Shown here: positions 61,303-64,000 of the stretch, one piece after another | Layout: each line of letters opens with the position of its first letter | Position numbering within the stretch: position 1 is the first letter of the stretch | Assembly: GCA_049322915.1 (NCBI GenBank) | Contig: JBMOPW010000036.1 | Coordinates: forward strand, 32,001-96,000 | Direction of reading: 5' to 3' | DNA: 64,000 nt | Source: Candidatus Zhuqueibacterota bacterium | Lineage (GTDB): Bacteria; Zhuqueibacterota; Zhuqueibacteria; Thermofontimicrobiales; Thermofontimicrobiaceae | Made by a program: the position numbers and the translations under genes | The notes under the pieces: generated by a model | Database searches by the model: none | Told to the model about the DNA's origin: nothing | The model's input: only the letters and a program-made list of their open reading frames with translations

Positions 61303-61479
61303 TTTCAACGCATTGGTGCGGGGCAACTGAGGGAGCGGATCCAGGCAACAGCCTTCGCTTTGAAAAAATGAGACAGATGGCTATAGAAGAAAAGTTAGCA
61401 GGAAGTTTATATAATTACGACATCAATGCAACGAGATTGCAGTGATGGTAAGATTCAGCCACATCACGAGGGAGAAAAT

Positions 61480-61770
61480 ATGGAAAATTTGTTGCCGTTA
61501 CTCATTCAGTTAGTCAGCGGCGCAGTCGGCGGAAATGCGGCTGGCGCTGCCATGAAAAAAGCGTCTCTGGGCACAATCGGGAACTCGATTGCCGGTATTC
61601 TGGGAGGCGGCATCGGCGGACAGTTGCTCGGCATGCTGGGCGCCGCTCCGGCCGCCACAGGAATGGACATGAATAGCATTCTGGAAAGCGTCGCCGGCGG
61701 AGGCGTGGGCGGCGGTGTCCTTATCGCCCTGGTTGGCATCATTAAAAACATGCTTGCCAAAAAGCAATAA
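61480..61770 (+). CDS. Small glycine-rich membrane protein
   Basis: GGAG RBS; GAVGGNAAG, GILGGGIGGQ, GGGVGGG. Confidence 0.75.
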   Translation: MENLLPLLIQLVSGAVGGNAAGAAMKKASLGTIGNSIAGILGGGIGGQLLGMLGAAPAATGMDMNSILESVAGGGVGGGVLIALVGIIKNMLAKKQ

Positions 61771-61915
61771 CTGGTTTGAACAACAAAGACCTGACTCAGC
61801 GGAAGGCGCACGGCGTCTCCGCTGTGTGGGTCAATGACAGTCATGACGCTTGATTGCGACGTGTGCAGAACTGTTCCATGCGTTCGCTACCGCGACATGG
61901 CAGGGAGGAATCACA

Positions 61916-62296
61916 ATGCAAAAACATATCACATTTCTTGGCGCGCTGCACATCGGATTGAGCATCCTGGGATTGCTCATTGCAGCGTTCATTTTTTCCC
62001 TTTTGACGACCATCGGTTTCATCTCGCAGGATGAAACCGCACTGCTCGTTCTGTCCATCATCGGTTTGGTGATCGCTTCTTTCTTAGTGCTCACCGCTAT
62101 TCCCGGCATCATTGGCGGCATTGGATTGCTGAAGCGAAAGAGCTGGGCGCGCATTCTCATCCTCATCGTTGCAGCGATCGATTTATTGGATTTTCCCCTG
62201 GGGACAGCGCTGAGCGTATATTCATTCTGGGTGTTGTTGCAGGATGAATCGGCAAAAATATTTTCAGCCGAAAATCAAAAAACAGTGATTGTGTAG
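61916..62296 (+). CDS. Small membrane protein
   Basis: GGAGG RBS; hydrophobic helices, GLLKRKSWAR, FPLGTAL. Confidence 0.75.
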   Translation: MQKHITFLGALHIGLSILGLLIAAFIFSLLTTIGFISQDETALLVLSIIGLVIASFLVLTAIPGIIGGIGLLKRKSWARILILIVAAIDLLDFPLGTALSVYSFWVLLQDESAKIFSAENQKTVIV

Positions 62297-62326
62297 CAGA
62301 CTCATTTTAACACGTCGAGGTAGGTT

Positions 62327-62530
62327 TTGGAATCATTAAAAATTCTTGTGATTGATGACGAACCGGGCCTGCGCGAAGGCTGCCGGCGCATCTGCGAAGC
62401 AGAGGGATTTCAGGTCATGGTTGCGCAAAATGGTCGCGCCGGTTTGGATATTGCAGAGACGAATAAAATCGATTGTGCGCTGATCGACCTGAAATTGCCG
62501 GACATGGTGACGACCATCGGTTATGCCTGA
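62327..62530 (+). pseudogene. Truncated response regulator (N-terminal half of a REC domain)
   Basis: ILVIDDEPGLREGCRRI...DLKLPDM, then homology is lost and a stop follows. Confidence 0.7.
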
Positions 62531-62646
62531 AGAAATAACATAGTCTTCCCTTTGTTGGCGTCCGATACATGCGATTACTTGATTTTGTAAAGTAGCCTGC
62601 GGTAACCGTGCAGAAACCAGAGGTATAAGATAAGCGTGAACTGTAT

Positions 62647-62961
62647 ATGCGCATCATTGAAGAAATACAGAAAAAGATTGGAAGAGATCAGTTCGAGTTT
62701 TCCAAACACGCAGTGGATCAAAGTATCATTCGTAGCATCAGTGTACAAGAAGTTCGAGAAGCCATTCTCAATGGTGAGATAATTGAAAATTACCCGAAGG
62801 ACAAATACGGACCAAGCTGTTTGATTCTTGGTAAGACGACAAAAAGTAGGCCATTGCACATACAATGCAGCTCTCCATCACGGAAGCGTATCAAAATCAT
62901 AACGATGTATGAACCCGACCCGGCTCGATGGGTTGAATTCAAAAAACGGAGATCATCATGA
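62647..62961 (+). CDS. DUF4258 protein (putative RNase toxin)
   Basis: FSKHA, IIENYP.DKYGPSCLILG, RPLHI, IITMYEPD. Confidence 0.85.
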   Translation: MRIIEEIQKKIGRDQFEFSKHAVDQSIIRSISVQEVREAILNGEIIENYPKDKYGPSCLILGKTTKSRPLHIQCSSPSRKRIKIITMYEPDPARWVEFKKRRSS

Positions 62962-63179
62962 GCTACAAAAAAGAAAAGTTGGTTGAACGTCGGGTCACAT
63001 ATACGCTGGAGCATCAAGGCCGCTTCTATATTGTAGAAAACGTGCCAGCCCGAGTGAATGAAGAAACTGGAGAACAATTTTTTTCCCCTGCTACTGTAGA
63101 AAAGCTTCAAGAAACTATCATGGGACAGACAAAGCCCAGCAAAGTAATTGAAACATCAGTATACGAATATTCTGAGTAA
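62958..63179 (+). CDS. YgiT/MqsA-type zinc-finger-like antitoxin (no Cys)
   Basis: IVENVPARV..ETGEQFF; ATGA overlap with DUF4258. Confidence 0.8.
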   Translation: MSYKKEKLVERRVTYTLEHQGRFYIVENVPARVNEETGEQFFSPATVEKLQETIMGQTKPSKVIETSVYEYSE

Positions 63180-63659
63180 TACGAAAACATGAAAATATCA
63201 GTTAAGGGAGGGCACAACCATTCATTCCCCCGACAAAAGGGCGGCAGTTCTCCGGGTTGGTTTGGCGCTCTCTCGAAAGTCATTTTGGAATTCAAGGTTC
63301 AATGCGCTCAAACCCTTTTGCGGGTGAGGATCGTGTTTTACACAAAAAATATAAAAAAACATAGTCGCATAGCCTTAATTTGCACGAGATGATCATCGTG
63401 GAATGAACTAATCCCCAAGGAGTCAAATCAATATAATTTAAATGTTATAGATTTTTTTCTCTTGATGATCGATTTGTACAGTGCAAAAAATTTTGAGCAG
63501 GTATATTAAAATTCATTGATATTTCTAATTATATTAATTAACCTTAATTAGTCTCTTTATCGGGATACCGTGCTATTAAAATGCCTTAGCATGAGTGAGA
63601 GCAATTCAACCTCTCTAAACAATAGCTATGTGAAAAAGTTTGAACCCCAGGAGTTAAAA

Positions 63660-63872
63660 ATGAAAGTTCATGAAATTGAGAATAAAATTAAAAAGTTGCC
63701 AGACTATATCATTCCAGAGGTTAATGATTTTGTCGACTTTTTATTAGCTAAATATGGTGCTAAAAAAACAGATAAAAATAATTTTAAATTTGATTGGGAA
63801 GGTGGATTAGCAAAATTAAAAAATAAATATACATCTGTGGAATTGCAGCATAAAGCTTTGGAGTGGCGATAA
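63660..63872 (+). CDS. DUF2281 antitoxin
   Basis: LP....EV.DFVDFL..KY, FDWEGGL, TSVELQH. Confidence 0.8.
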   Translation: MKVHEIENKIKKLPDYIIPEVNDFVDFLLAKYGAKKTDKNNFKFDWEGGLAKLKNKYTSVELQHKALEWR

Positions 63873-64000
63873 TGTATTTAGTCGACACTAACATATTTCT
63901 AGAGATACTGCTAACACAAGAAAAAAGCGAAGATTGTAAGTCTTTTCTTTCAAAGAATATTGCTGTGATTGGTATTTCCGACTTTACGCTTCACTCTATT
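63872..64000 (+). CDS. vapC: PIN-domain (VapC) toxin, partial
   Basis: MYLVDTNIFLEILL...ISDFTLHSI; TAATG coupling. Confidence 0.85.
   Translation, partial: MYLVDTNIFLEILLTQEKSEDCKSFLSKNIAVIGISDFTLHSI

Noticed and set aside
63189..63392. 67-aa ORF or a complete attC site
   Set aside because: No motif in the ORF; the complementary right arm of an attC could not be found
1..64000. CRISPR arrays, tRNA, rRNA, autonomous transposases
   Set aside because: No regularly spaced repeats, cloverleaf or rRNA signatures, or transposase ORFs seen

Overview
Bacterial chromosomal window from an anaerobic, diderm organism. The TonB receptor, lipoproteins, Tat substrates and secretin fit an FCB/KSB1-like lineage, but that is inference only. 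Left to right: (1) a minus-strand carbohydrate locus with three Gfo/Idh/MocA oxidoreductases, DUF1080 proteins, a TIM-barrel isomerase, an MFS permease, DoxX and an esterase, which looks like an oxidation/elimination glycoside-cleavage pathway; (2) miscellaneous genes (penicillin acylase, EgtD-like methyltransferase, DUF3365 cytochrome, propeller-SpoIIE sensor, AraC plus TonB receptor); (3) core anaerobic metabolism: korDABC, a divergent two-domain GlnE/GlnD-like nucleotidyltransferase, folE2, ndk, ackA, a sensory [FeFe]-hydrogenase/histidine-kinase relay and a fused NfnAB; (4) an AT-rich island encoding a lipoprotein secretin, two paralogous secreted beta-rich proteins and a double PapD/DUF916-like chaperone. 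It has no usher, ATPase or prepilins, lies behind a sigma54 promoter, and sits next to an NtrC regulator and a CRTAC1/FG-GAP histidine kinase. This island is the best candidate for an undescribed system; (5) a DRTGG/RsbT/FeFe-like/PHP hydrogenase-regulatory cluster, a truncated response regulator and two toxin-antitoxin pairs. Two families of small non-autonomous mobile elements with visible terminal inverted repeats and target-site duplications are present, one nested in the other. No rRNA, tRNA or CRISPR array was seen. All calls come from reading motifs by eye; no searches were run.
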